Positions 43,803-52,576 of a DNA stretch of 64,000 nucleotides are shown piece after piece (position 1 is the stretch's first letter; each line of letters opens with the position of its first letter). The stretch is taken from positions 63 to 64,062 of the forward strand of contig JAKLKB010000021.1 of the NCBI GenBank assembly GCA_023150835.1, written 5' to 3'. Origin of the DNA: Myxococcota bacterium. Lineage in GTDB: Bacteria; Myxococcota_C; UBA6777. A program made the translations under genes and the position numbers. A model generated the notes under the pieces. It saw only the letters and a program-made list of their open reading frames with translations. It had not been told where the DNA came from and did no database searches.

Positions 43803-46544
43803 ATGCTGCGGATAATCATTCAGGAAAAGAATGGGGGGCGGCAAGAGGTGGCGTTAGACAAGGACGAGATCAGTATCGGACGTGTCCCTGCCAATGATTT
43901 GCACCTTCCGAAGAACAACGTCTCAAAAAAGCACGCCGTGATCGTTCGTCAAGGAGCGAATTGGCAGCTTGTCGATATGCGTAGCACCAACGGCACGTTT
44001 ATCAACGGCCAACAGCTTCAAGGAAGTCATGTCCTTCAACCCAACGATCAGGTGATCATTGGAGATTTTTTGCTCCAATTTGATCTTGCTTCGGCCAACG
44101 ATGCGATGCGGCCTCCCCCTGTTCCTGCGGGTCCGCCATCGATGAGTTCTCCGTCGATGAGTCCGCCGTCGATGTCACCGATGGGGCCGCCGTCGATGCC
44201 TCCGATGGGACCACCACCCGGCCCACCGCCGTCGATGCCTCCGATGGGACCACCACCCGGCCCACCGCCGTCGATGCCTCCGATGGGACCACCACCCGGC
44301 CCACCGCCGTCGATGTCGCCGATGGGACCGCCGCCGTCGATGTCGCCGATGGGACCGCCGCCGTCGATGTCGCCGATGGGACCGCCGCCCGGGTTGGGCG
44401 CGCCGCCCCCTCGTCCGCCTGCACCGCCGATGGGACCGCCGATGAGTCCGATGTCTCCGATGGGATCGTCTCCGTCGATGTCGCCGATGAGTCCCCCTCC
44501 CGCTCCGCCGTCGATGCCGTCGATGGGACCGCCGCCCGGGTTGGGTGCGCCGCCCTCTCGTCCCCCTGCTCCTCCGATGGGGCCGCCGGGCGTGGGCGCA
44601 CCTCCTGCGATGTCGGGCGATATGGGGATGCGACCGCCACCGCCCCCGGGAGGCGGGCTAGGGTCCGCACCTCCAAGCCTTCCGAATCGCCCCGCAGCGT
44701 TTGATATGAGCGGACGACAACGTGCGTCCACATTGCCGATCAGCGATGTTCCGCCGAGTCCTCCGCCCTCCAAAGCTCCGACGTCGTCTGTGCCTCCGAG
44801 TCTCGCGCCTCTTGGACAACCAACGGCCCCCTCGAAAGCCTTTGGTCAAGGACTTTCAGACGAAAGTCCCCATCGCGCTCAACAAGATATCGATCTTGTC
44901 GATCAATGGGATCGTGGACAAGACGATATCGCAACCCCTGCACCGCCATCCATCGAGCCGGATATGTTGACGGCAGATCATGACGCAGTGCTTTCGGACA
45001 GATCAGATCTTCCCGGCGGACTTCAAGAACCGACCGAACACCAGCCCGAGCCGCCCCCTCGTTCTGTTTCTGCGTCTTCTGAGATCGGATCGCCCTACGC
45101 TAAAGGGCCAATCGCCGCTCAAAAAGCGACGCCTGTCCCGCCTTCTGCCGCGTCTATTCCGCCTAAATCGGTGCCTGTGCTGAAACGCTCGGCTGCCCCG
45201 CCAACCCCTGTCCCAGTACCTCAAAAAGCTGCGCCCCCAAAAGCCGCGCCCCCAAAAGCCGCGCCCCCAAAAGCCGCGCCCCCAAAAGCTGCCAAAGCAC
45301 CCAAGATGCCGCCCAAACCCGCACCTGTGGTCTTTGAGGGCCTTTCCGAAGCGCACTTGGCTTTGTTGCAGGCTGCCCATGTGGTTTCGCAAGAAGCCAT
45401 CGCACAAATGCCTTCTTTGCAAGAGGTCGTTGTGTCGTCCCCTGCGTTGCACGAAGAACTTCATGCGATCTTGCCGAGCGCTCTTGATCTCGCCCGTTCT
45501 AACGGACTTTCCGAGGGGACAGATGACGAGGGGATGCTGTTTGACCTTGTTTCGCGTGAGCTGTTGGGGTTCGGTGCGCTTGAAGAATTGTTGGATGATC
45601 TGAGCGTGACGGCTGTCATGGTGAGTGGACACCAACAAATTCTGATCGAAAAAGAGGGGCAGATCAGCCCATCTCTGCGGTTTTTTTCAAGCGAACAGGC
45701 CCTTGCGAGGGCGATCTTGCGCCTTGCGACGTTGGCGGGTGAGTCTGCCGAAGCGTTTGGTGTACTTGAAACACGCCTTCCCGATGGGATCTGGTTTCAT
45801 GCGATCTTCCCGCCCTATGCGCGTCGAGGGATCTCGTTAACGTTGCGCAAACCTCGCACAGAGCGGCTGTCTCTTGACGAAGCGTTGGACGAAGGCTTCC
45901 TCAGCGGCGATATGGCTGAAGTGCTGAAACAAGCGGTCGAACGGCGTTGCAATATCCTTGTTTCGGGTACGGACCAAGACGGGCGCATCGGCTTGTTGAA
46001 CCTGCTTGCAGACGCCATCCCGAGCCACGAACGTGTCGTGTCGATCGAGTCTTTCGGAGACCTACAGTTCTCTCAACTCAACTGGGTGGCGCTGACGCAG
46101 CGCGGCGGTGATCTCCAAGGCCAAGGGGCTGTTCCTCACAGCGCACTCCTCGAACAAGCCCTGCGTATCCGACCCCAACGCTTGGTCTTGGCGGAGATGG
46201 CTTCCAAAGAGGCGGAGATCTTGGTGCCTGCGTTGGTCGCAGGCATGGATGGTGTGATCTGTGCGCTGGGTGCTTCCTCTGTGGCACAAGCACAGCGTCG
46301 ATTGGTCGCCTCGCTCGAAGCCGAAGGCGTTCGCTCCGCCTCAAAACAGATCGCCGAAGCGTTCCAACTGTTCGTACAGATCGGCACTTTTGCGGATGGT
46401 TCTCGCCGTGTTCTTTCGATTACGGAGATATCTACCGACGAACAAGGAGAGCCTTGGCTGAGCGAGTTGTATCGCTTTGAAAGTGATTCTCCCGCTTCTT
46501 CGGACGGTCAGTTTGTGGCAGTGGCCGAACCTTCTTTCCTCTAA
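43803..46544 (+). CDS. FHA domain + Pro-rich repeat region + CpaF/VirB11-family secretion-ATPase-like domain with degenerate nucleotide-binding motifs
   Basis: The N-terminal FHA region is ISIGRVPANDLHLPKNNVSKKHAVIVRQGANWQLVDMRSTNGTFINGQ. About 200 aa of PPSMSPMGPPPGP repeats follow. The C-terminus aligns by eye with CpaF/TadA (LGFGALEELLDD, TRLPDGIWFHAIFPP, LTLRKP, NILVSG..LLNLL, RPQRLVLAEM). The Walker A position reads GTDQDGRIG instead of GGTGSGKTT. Confidence 0.85.
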   Translation: MLRIIIQEKNGGRQEVALDKDEISIGRVPANDLHLPKNNVSKKHAVIVRQGANWQLVDMRSTNGTFINGQQLQGSHVLQPNDQVIIGDFLLQFDLASANDAMRPPPVPAGPPSMSSPSMSPPSMSPMGPPSMPPMGPPPGPPPSMPPMGPPPGPPPSMPPMGPPPGPPPSMSPMGPPPSMSPMGPPPSMSPMGPPPGLGAPPPRPPAPPMGPPMSPMSPMGSSPSMSPMSPPPAPPSMPSMGPPPGLGAPPSRPPAPPMGPPGVGAPPAMSGDMGMRPPPPPGGGLGSAPPSLPNRPAAFDMSGRQRASTLPISDVPPSPPPSKAPTSSVPPSLAPLGQPTAPSKAFGQGLSDESPHRAQQDIDLVDQWDRGQDDIATPAPPSIEPDMLTADHDAVLSDRSDLPGGLQEPTEHQPEPPPRSVSASSEIGSPYAKGPIAAQKATPVPPSAASIPPKSVPVLKRSAAPPTPVPVPQKAAPPKAAPPKAAPPKAAPPKAAKAPKMPPKPAPVVFEGLSEAHLALLQAAHVVSQEAIAQMPSLQEVVVSSPALHEELHAILPSALDLARSNGLSEGTDDEGMLFDLVSRELLGFGALEELLDDLSVTAVMVSGHQQILIEKEGQISPSLRFFSSEQALARAILRLATLAGESAEAFGVLETRLPDGIWFHAIFPPYARRGISLTLRKPRTERLSLDEALDEGFLSGDMAEVLKQAVERRCNILVSGTDQDGRIGLLNLLADAIPSHERVVSIESFGDLQFSQLNWVALTQRGGDLQGQGAVPHSALLEQALRIRPQRLVLAEMASKEAEILVPALVAGMDGVICALGASSVAQAQRRLVASLEAEGVRSASKQIAEAFQLFVQIGTFADGSRRVLSITEISTDEQGEPWLSELYRFESDSPASSDGQFVAVAEPSFL
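44105..44700 (+). repeat. Coding tandem repeats (39 bp and 27 bp units) in the Pro-rich linker
   Basis: ccgccgtcgatgcctccgatgggaccaccacccggccca is repeated about 3 times from around 44190. ccgccgtcgatgtcgccgatgggaccg is repeated 3 times from around 44300. A separate 15 bp x4 repeat (AAPPK) lies at about 45229-45290. Confidence 0.85.
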
Positions 46545-46556
46545 CGATATCCGAGC

Positions 46557-46625
46557 GATGTATCCACAAAGGAGAGTACGTAGACGCCCGATTGTTGGGC
46601 AGCCACACCTGTCTGCCCCCATAGG
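46557..46625 (+). repeat. REP-like element, family 1 (left arm plus core)
   Basis: gatgtatccacaaaggagagtacgtagacgcccgattgttgggcagccacacctgtctgcccc matches 61668-61731 with 2 mismatches. Confidence 0.9.
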
Positions 46626-46778
46626 CGTTAGGTTAAGCTATGGTTGGCCCCCCACCGAAGCCAAAGACCGTGAACAGGGGAGGGAGAGAAAGTCGGAGGC
46701 AGCGAGGTTTTGGTTTTCCATGCCGCACGCTGTTTGCACGAGAGAGCGTCTTTGCCTGCTCCAACTTCCCCCCGTTGG

Positions 46779-46867
46779 CCGGGGGGAATGAGGGGGGGCG
46801 ACAAAAGAAAGAGCGATCATCCTCGATTCTCCGATATTTCCGCCTTAACAAGGCGCGTATGGGGGGT
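46779..46867 (+). repeat. Intergenic repeat homologous to window positions 1-86
   Basis: The element is ccggggggaatgagggggggcgacaaaagaaagagcgatcatcc...ccttaacaaggcgcgtatgggg. See feature 1-110. Confidence 0.7.
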
Positions 46868-47180
46868 GCCTCTACGTGTTGGAAATCACACGATGTTTCG
46901 TAGGGGCAGGCCCCCGTGCCTGCCCGATCTCTGTTGCGTCGGTGACCTCTTCATCGCCATCTGTTCTGAACGAGCCCCAACAACAGGGCAACCACAGGGG
47001 GTTGCCCCTACGTGTTGGAAATCACAAGGTGTTTCGTAGGGGCAGGCCCCCGTGCCTGCCCGATCTCTGTTGCGTCGGTGACCTCTTCATCGCCATCTGT
47101 TCTGAACGAGCCCCAACAACAGGGCAACCACACCTGTCTACCTTGACCGTGTTCGATCACACGATGAGCGGGGCGTGGGG
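46868..47180 (+). repeat. 2 x 136 bp tandem repeat built from two hairpin modules, ending in a family-1 core and right arm
   Basis: ctacgtgttggaaatcaca starts at 46872 and again at 47008. Each unit contains the hairpins ggggcaggcccccgtgcctgccc and gggcaaccacagggggttgccc. The second unit runs into ...gggcaaccacacctgtctacc...cgatcacacgatgagcgggg. Confidence 0.9.
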
Positions 47181-47186
47181 CGTCTT

Positions 47187-48068
47187 TTAGTACACGTTCG
47201 GATAGACGGCCCAGATCTCTTGATTGATGCGTTGTGCAACATCGAGCAACATCTCGATCGAAGGGCCGGGGAAGCGTTCGGGGAGGGGGATGGGGGCGGG
47301 TCCAAGGACACCGTAGGTTTCGTGAGGCTCGTAATGACCGGGGAAGAGACCTTGGCCGAAAGGATTGGACGGGGCGTTGCTTGGCATACTTGCGGCCTCG
47401 GTGGGTATGCTTGCAGCGTTTGAAGGTACGGGCGAAGAGGGCGAGTTGTAGGCGGGGCTTGCGGAGGTTGGAGAGGCGGAATAAGCGAGGCTTGCGGTGG
47501 TGGGGGCGTCCGACATCAAGTGAGCGTGTTCGTTGGTGGATTCGAGGATGGCGTCATCACCGATCTCGATGACATCGTGTTGGCCTGTGGCATGGCCGGG
47601 AAGCTGAGTGCCGTCGAGTGAAAAGTCTGGAAGGCCCGATAGTTCGGCGTCAAGGGCCACAAGGGCATCGTCCATTTCGGCGGCTTGAGCGATCGCAGAC
47701 GTAGCGTTGGAAGGGGCCGAACCAGCGCGATCTGCGGTGCTTTTGAGGGCATCCGCGCCGATGTATACGGTGATACGGGTTTGCCCGACTTGGAGCAGAT
47801 CGCCGTTTGACAGCTTGCCACGGGCTCCGACGCTTTTTCCGTTGACGGAAGTGGAGGCGGCTCCCATATCCACGACGTTGACATCGCTTTCTTTTCGGAT
47901 ATTGATGGCAGCGTGAACTCGCCCGATGCTTGGGTCTTCGAGCGGCACGTCGATGCCTTTGCGAGCGCCGCGTCCGATCTTGAGGACGGTGCTGTCCTCG
48001 AAAAACATCTCGTGTACGGGTGTGTTGGGTTCTTGAATCACCAGTCGGATCGGTACATTGTTTGACAT
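47187..48068 (-). CDS. FHA-domain protein
   Basis: The N-terminal FHA region is LKIGRGARKGIDVPLEDPSIGRVHAAINIRKESDVNVVDMGAASTSVNGKSV. The C-terminal half is Ser/Ala/Pro-rich. The likely start is ATG 48068. Confidence 0.8.
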   Translation of the reverse strand: MSNNVPIRLVIQEPNTPVHEMFFEDSTVLKIGRGARKGIDVPLEDPSIGRVHAAINIRKESDVNVVDMGAASTSVNGKSVGARGKLSNGDLLQVGQTRITVYIGADALKSTADRAGSAPSNATSAIAQAAEMDDALVALDAELSGLPDFSLDGTQLPGHATGQHDVIEIGDDAILESTNEHAHLMSDAPTTASLAYSASPTSASPAYNSPSSPVPSNAASIPTEAASMPSNAPSNPFGQGLFPGHYEPHETYGVLGPAPIPLPERFPGPSIEMLLDVAQRINQEIWAVYPNVY

Positions 48069-48171
48069 CGTGCCCCTCATCTCGCCGTCGTGTCGTGTGT
48101 GGGAGAAAACGTAGACCGTTCTTAAAGCACTTTGCGGTTGGATGCAAGAGATCCACCGAAGGAGTCCGTGT

Positions 48172-48834
48172 ATGCGAAAGATTCATCGTCCCCCGTTGCG
48201 TTTTGATCGCGTTATGGTGGATTGGCGTACAGTGGGGTTGTTTCAGACCAACAGCTTTCTTGTGATATGCGAAAACACCCGTGAGGCGGCGATTGTGGAT
48301 TCTTGCGGTGAGTTTGATGTGCTGCAAGCGATGATCGCCTCGCACGAAGGGATCAACGTGCGCTACTTGCTCCAGACTCATGCTCATCTCGATCACGTCG
48401 CAGCACTCGCAGAGATGAAGGCTTGGAGCCAAGCGCCGATCGTCTTGCATCCCGAAGAAGCCCCGTTGTACGAAGCGGTTCCGATGCAGTGTCGGTTGTT
48501 TGGTTTGCCTGAGATCGCTTCGCCGCCAGCCCCCGATCGATGGGTGCGTGAAGGTGACACCCTGCCGCTTGGCGATCTGACGATCCAAGTCATCGAAACC
48601 CCGGGCCATACGCCCGGAGGGATCTCCTTCGAGATCGCAGAGCATCTTTTTGTCGGAGACACCTTGTTCCAAGGTTCGATCGGTCGATCCGATCTGCCGG
48701 GGGGGAATTCCGCAACGCTGATGCGTTCGCTGCATCGCTTGATCACATGGCCCGAACAGACGCTGGTGTTTTCTGGACACGGGCCTGTGACCACCATCGG
48801 GCGCGAACGAGATCACAACCCCTTTTTGTCCTAG
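48172..48834 (+). CDS. MBL-fold metallo-hydrolase (hydroxyacylglutathione hydrolase-like)
   Basis: Motifs seen: HAHLDHV (HxHxDH), TPGHTPG, GDTLF, SGHGP. ATG 48172 is preceded by GAAGGAG. Confidence 0.85.
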   Translation: MRKIHRPPLRFDRVMVDWRTVGLFQTNSFLVICENTREAAIVDSCGEFDVLQAMIASHEGINVRYLLQTHAHLDHVAALAEMKAWSQAPIVLHPEEAPLYEAVPMQCRLFGLPEIASPPAPDRWVREGDTLPLGDLTIQVIETPGHTPGGISFEIAEHLFVGDTLFQGSIGRSDLPGGNSATLMRSLHRLITWPEQTLVFSGHGPVTTIGRERDHNPFLS

Positions 48835-49001
48835 CGCCCCCATCCCCCCGTCCCTCCAAGTCTCCAAAGAACGAGGAGAGCAAAGCCCGCGCAGAAGCCT
48901 TGGCGGCGTCATGATCTCTTGCTTCTTCGTGCGGTGGCGTGCTATGTAGGGGGAAACACCGCGCATGGGGGCGGTCGTCTGGGTCCAATCGGAGGTTTGT
49001 G

Positions 49002-50384
49002 ATGTTTCGTCTGCGGTTTTCTTTTGTGTGGATGGTGTTGTTGTTTCTCGGCGTCCTTGTGATGCCTGTGGGATGTGATAGTGGCCTCAAGCCTTGCAAA
49101 ACCCGCAATGATTGTGCAGATCCCGGGACGGATATCTGCTTGCGTGGGTTTTGCTTCTTGCGCTGTACGACAGACAAAGACTGCACCAATGGGAAAAAAT
49201 GCAACGCACAAGGCGGATGCGGTGAACTGCCCGATAGCGGGACGCCTGTGGGCGATTGCTCTAGCGGAGACACGCGCAAATGTTATAACGCTGCCTCGGG
49301 ATGCGTGGAAGATAGCGGTCAATTCTTGTGCAAAGGCATCTGCAAAGAAGGGACGCAGAAGTGCGGAACAGACGGAAAGTGGGGCGCTTGTGAAGGACAG
49401 ATCGTTCCTGAAAGCAAAGAAGTCTGTGGCGATGCGAAAGACAACAACTGCAACGGCGAAACGGACGAAGGTTGCGGAACCGTGATCTGTACGCTCGGCC
49501 AAAAGAAAGCCTGTTTTACGGGAGCGACGGGTTGCACACAAAGCGGAGATACCTACTCTTGCAAAGGCAATTGCAAGGCAGGCGACCGAGTCTGCCAACC
49601 CGGAACGGACGGAAAGCCCGAATGGAGCGAGTGCAAAGACCAAGTCTTGCCGATCGCAGAGTCTTGTACCAACAACATCGACGACAACTGCGACGGAGAA
49701 GTCAACGAAGGCTGTGCTTGTAAAGTCGGCGAATCCCGCAAATGCTCGGCCCCGAATGGTTGTGGAGGCATCCAAACTTGCCAAACCAAAGGGGGCGGGT
49801 CTGAATGGACGACTTGTGTGGCGTCTGCACCAAGCGACGAAGTCTGCGATGGGATCGACAATGATTGCGACGGAAAGATCGATAACGTCAAAGGTTCGGA
49901 CACCAAGCTCACACGCGACTGCGCCAAGCTGTGCTTCAAAGGCAAAGAAACTTGTACTGACGGCAAGTTTCAAAACTGCGATGCCGAAGACCCCATCCCC
50001 GATGGCAAGGGCGAACACGAAGACACCGATGGCGACAAGATCCCTGACGTTGAAAAATGGTGCAATGGTCGCGATGACGATTGCGACGGTCGCATCGACA
50101 ACGTCAAAGGGCGCGATGTCAAGATCCGCCGTAGCTGTGACCCTTCGACCCCGGGAAAACCCGTGTTTGGTCCATGCAAAGACAACGCTTCGCAAGAGTG
50201 CGCAGACGGCGCAACCATCGGCAATCCCAAGTGGGGGACTTGTGAAGGCGGAAAGCCCGCAGACGCCGAAGCTTGTGATGGTGTCGATAACGACTGCGAC
50301 GGTCAAATCGATGAAGATGCCGTCTGTCCCGATGGAGAAAAGTGCCAGAAAAACACCCTTGGCAACAAGGTTTGTGCGCCCTAA
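49002..50384 (+). CDS. Cysteine-rich lipoprotein with MopE-like CxxxDNDCDGxIDE repeats
   Basis: The signal/lipobox is LGVLVMPVGCDSG. Repeated motifs are CGDAKDNNCNGETDEGC, CTNNIDDNCDGEVNEGC, CDGIDNDCDGKIDN, CNGRDDDCDGRIDN and CDGVDNDCDGQIDE. This is the putative metal-binding motif common in myxobacterial secreted proteins. Confidence 0.8.
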   Translation: MFRLRFSFVWMVLLFLGVLVMPVGCDSGLKPCKTRNDCADPGTDICLRGFCFLRCTTDKDCTNGKKCNAQGGCGELPDSGTPVGDCSSGDTRKCYNAASGCVEDSGQFLCKGICKEGTQKCGTDGKWGACEGQIVPESKEVCGDAKDNNCNGETDEGCGTVICTLGQKKACFTGATGCTQSGDTYSCKGNCKAGDRVCQPGTDGKPEWSECKDQVLPIAESCTNNIDDNCDGEVNEGCACKVGESRKCSAPNGCGGIQTCQTKGGGSEWTTCVASAPSDEVCDGIDNDCDGKIDNVKGSDTKLTRDCAKLCFKGKETCTDGKFQNCDAEDPIPDGKGEHEDTDGDKIPDVEKWCNGRDDDCDGRIDNVKGRDVKIRRSCDPSTPGKPVFGPCKDNASQECADGATIGNPKWGTCEGGKPADAEACDGVDNDCDGQIDEDAVCPDGEKCQKNTLGNKVCAP

Positions 50385-50462
50385 GGCGGTTCACCTTTTG
50401 GAATACGATTTTTTTTGCCAACTGCGTAAGCTCTATTTCTTACAGGATAGCTGAGGTTTTGG

Positions 50463-52427
50463 ATGTTTGGGTTGTTTTTGGGTGGATCGAGTGGTTCGGC
50501 AGGGCGCACAAAAAAAGCACGTGTGTTCTTGCGTTTGTTGGCGCTGTCGGGCCTTTTGAGCCTTGGGGCCTTGGGGATGGCGTGTGGCCGTGAAGGATAC
50601 AAACCGCCCGATCTGACGGACAAAGATGTGCATTTGACGGTGTTGCATACAAGCGATATCCATTCGCGTTTGTTGGCGTATCGTTTGGTTCCTGCCCGAA
50701 CAGATCGGGAGTTGGGGTTGGATGGCGACGGGCCGTTCGGTGGGGTGGCGCGGATCGCGCACATCATCAAAGAAGAACGCGCCAAAGCCGATCGCGTCTT
50801 GTACCTTGATTCGGGCGATCTCTTCCAAGGTGCGCCGATCTTCAACGTCTTTGAAGGCGAAGTCGAAGCCCGCGCCCTCTCCACCATGCAGATCGATGCG
50901 TATGTTCTCGGAAACCACGACTTTGATAACGGAGGCTTGGTCCTGAGCCGCCAACTGGCGTGGTTTTCGTCTTACCCCATCCTTGCGGCCAACTACATGG
51001 CGATGAACGATTCACGCCGCGTTGCTTCGGAGGAACTTCGCCGCTTGATGCAGCCGTATTCGATCTTTAACGTCAAGGGCTTGCGTGTCGGGGTGATCGG
51101 CCTCGCCAATACCAGCTCCATGACCAGTCTTGGCGAAGGCGGAAACACGCTTGGTTTGACCGCTTCTGAGCAAAACCAAACCCTTCAACGCTACATCAAC
51201 TTGATCAAAAATCGTGTGGATCTGGTCGTCACCCTGACACATATCGGACTGACCGAAGACGAACATCTGGTGAGCGGCTATTATCGCAGCGACTCGATTC
51301 TCGGCGTCAACGACAAGACCCAAGAAACCATCGTCGAGCGCAAGTGGGTCGAAGGAGTCCGTGGCCTCGACATGATCGTAGGCGGTCACCATCACGTCGT
51401 CTTGAATCCACCCAAAAATCTGCTCGACGCCGACAATCGGGATGTTTTGTTGATCCACTCTGGCGCTTTTGCCAAGTTTGTCGGACGCGCCGATGTCGTG
51501 GTGCGCAACGGCGATATCATCTCCCATCGCTACAACGCCATCGGTGTGACGAGCGCCATCAAAGAAGATCCCGAGATGGTGCGGATGCTCGAACCTTATG
51601 TCTTTGAACTCAACCAAAAGATCGATACCACGCGGATCTTTGCTTTCGCCCCTTACCTTGTGCCGCGTTTTGGACGTGGGACGGGCGATTCTTCGCTCGG
51701 AAACCTTGTTGCCGAAGCGATGCAAGTCCGCCGTCGAGTCGAAGCGGACTTTGCCTTGACCAACTCCCTCGGTATCCGCACAGACCTCCAACCCGGTGCT
51801 GTTTCGCTCGAACAGTTCTACGAGATCTTTCCGTTTGAAAACACCGTAACGACGCTCTTTGTGTCAGGCAAAGAGATCCAAGAACTGTTGGACTTTGTGA
51901 CGGAACGCTCGACAGGACGGGGTTGTCAGTCACAAGCACAGATCGCAGGCATGAGCTTTGTGATGAATTGTGGCGCAACTCCCCCACGTGCCGACTTGAT
52001 CTGTATCGGAGCGAGTCGAAACCCGACGTGCAAGCCCGATTCTCCGAAAGATAAAGTCTGCTTCGATCCGCTTGCCACCGAAGGGCCGCGTACTTGTTTG
52101 TGGGGAACCCCCGTCAAGCCCTTTAGCTCTTACAAACTCGCCGCAAACGATTACATCGCCAACGGCGGATCGGGCTTCCGCGTCCTTCAGCGAAACACCA
52201 CACAACGCGACACCCGCGTCTCTCTGCGCGATGCCTTGATCGAGTACATCGAAGGCTTGCCCGATTGCAACAAGTGGCTCGCTTCTGTCGATGCGCAGCG
52301 CAAAACCGAAGGCCGTTCGCCTCTTTCTGATGAAGAAAAAGAAAAACTCGTCCCCAAATCCTACCGCTCTCTCCCCTGCATCCTCGGCGCAGAAGACGGA
52401 CGCATCCGCCGCCGTCTCACCGAATAA
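50463..52427 (+). CDS. Bifunctional metallophosphatase/5'-nucleotidase lipoprotein (UshA-like)
   Basis: The lipobox is LGALGMACG. Calcineurin-like motifs are LHTSDIHSRL, DSGDLFQGAP, LGNHDFD and VGGHHH. A C-terminal 5'-nucleotidase domain follows (FPFENT, NDYIANGGSGF). Confidence 0.85.
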   Translation: MFGLFLGGSSGSAGRTKKARVFLRLLALSGLLSLGALGMACGREGYKPPDLTDKDVHLTVLHTSDIHSRLLAYRLVPARTDRELGLDGDGPFGGVARIAHIIKEERAKADRVLYLDSGDLFQGAPIFNVFEGEVEARALSTMQIDAYVLGNHDFDNGGLVLSRQLAWFSSYPILAANYMAMNDSRRVASEELRRLMQPYSIFNVKGLRVGVIGLANTSSMTSLGEGGNTLGLTASEQNQTLQRYINLIKNRVDLVVTLTHIGLTEDEHLVSGYYRSDSILGVNDKTQETIVERKWVEGVRGLDMIVGGHHHVVLNPPKNLLDADNRDVLLIHSGAFAKFVGRADVVVRNGDIISHRYNAIGVTSAIKEDPEMVRMLEPYVFELNQKIDTTRIFAFAPYLVPRFGRGTGDSSLGNLVAEAMQVRRRVEADFALTNSLGIRTDLQPGAVSLEQFYEIFPFENTVTTLFVSGKEIQELLDFVTERSTGRGCQSQAQIAGMSFVMNCGATPPRADLICIGASRNPTCKPDSPKDKVCFDPLATEGPRTCLWGTPVKPFSSYKLAANDYIANGGSGFRVLQRNTTQRDTRVSLRDALIEYIEGLPDCNKWLASVDAQRKTEGRSPLSDEEKEKLVPKSYRSLPCILGAEDGRIRRRLTE

Positions 52428-52472
52428 GACGATATCGAAGAGATGTGCGCTTGATGAGTCGGCGTGTTCCGC

Positions 52473-52552
52473 TGTAGACGCCCTGTCTTTGGGCAGCCAC
52501 AGGGGGCTGCCCCGACATATACCGATCACACTACGGGTGGATCTCGTACAAG
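52473..52552 (+). repeat. REP-like element, family 1 (variant with a perfect GGGCAGCC-ACAGGG-GGCTGCCC hairpin)
   Basis: gtagacgccctgtctttgggcagccacagggggctgccccgacatataccgatcacactacgggtggat aligns with 61690-61760. It lies between two convergent genes. Confidence 0.8.
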
Positions 52553-52576
52553 AGAGCACCGAAAAGAGACGCTCTC

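Noticed and set aside
46477-47190. ORFs 46477..46791, 46640..46903, 46710..47039 and 46876..47190
   Set aside because: They lie entirely within REP-like repeats. The peptide strings (GQPHLSAP, RRGRPPCLPDLCCVGDL) are the usual artefacts of translating these palindromic elements.
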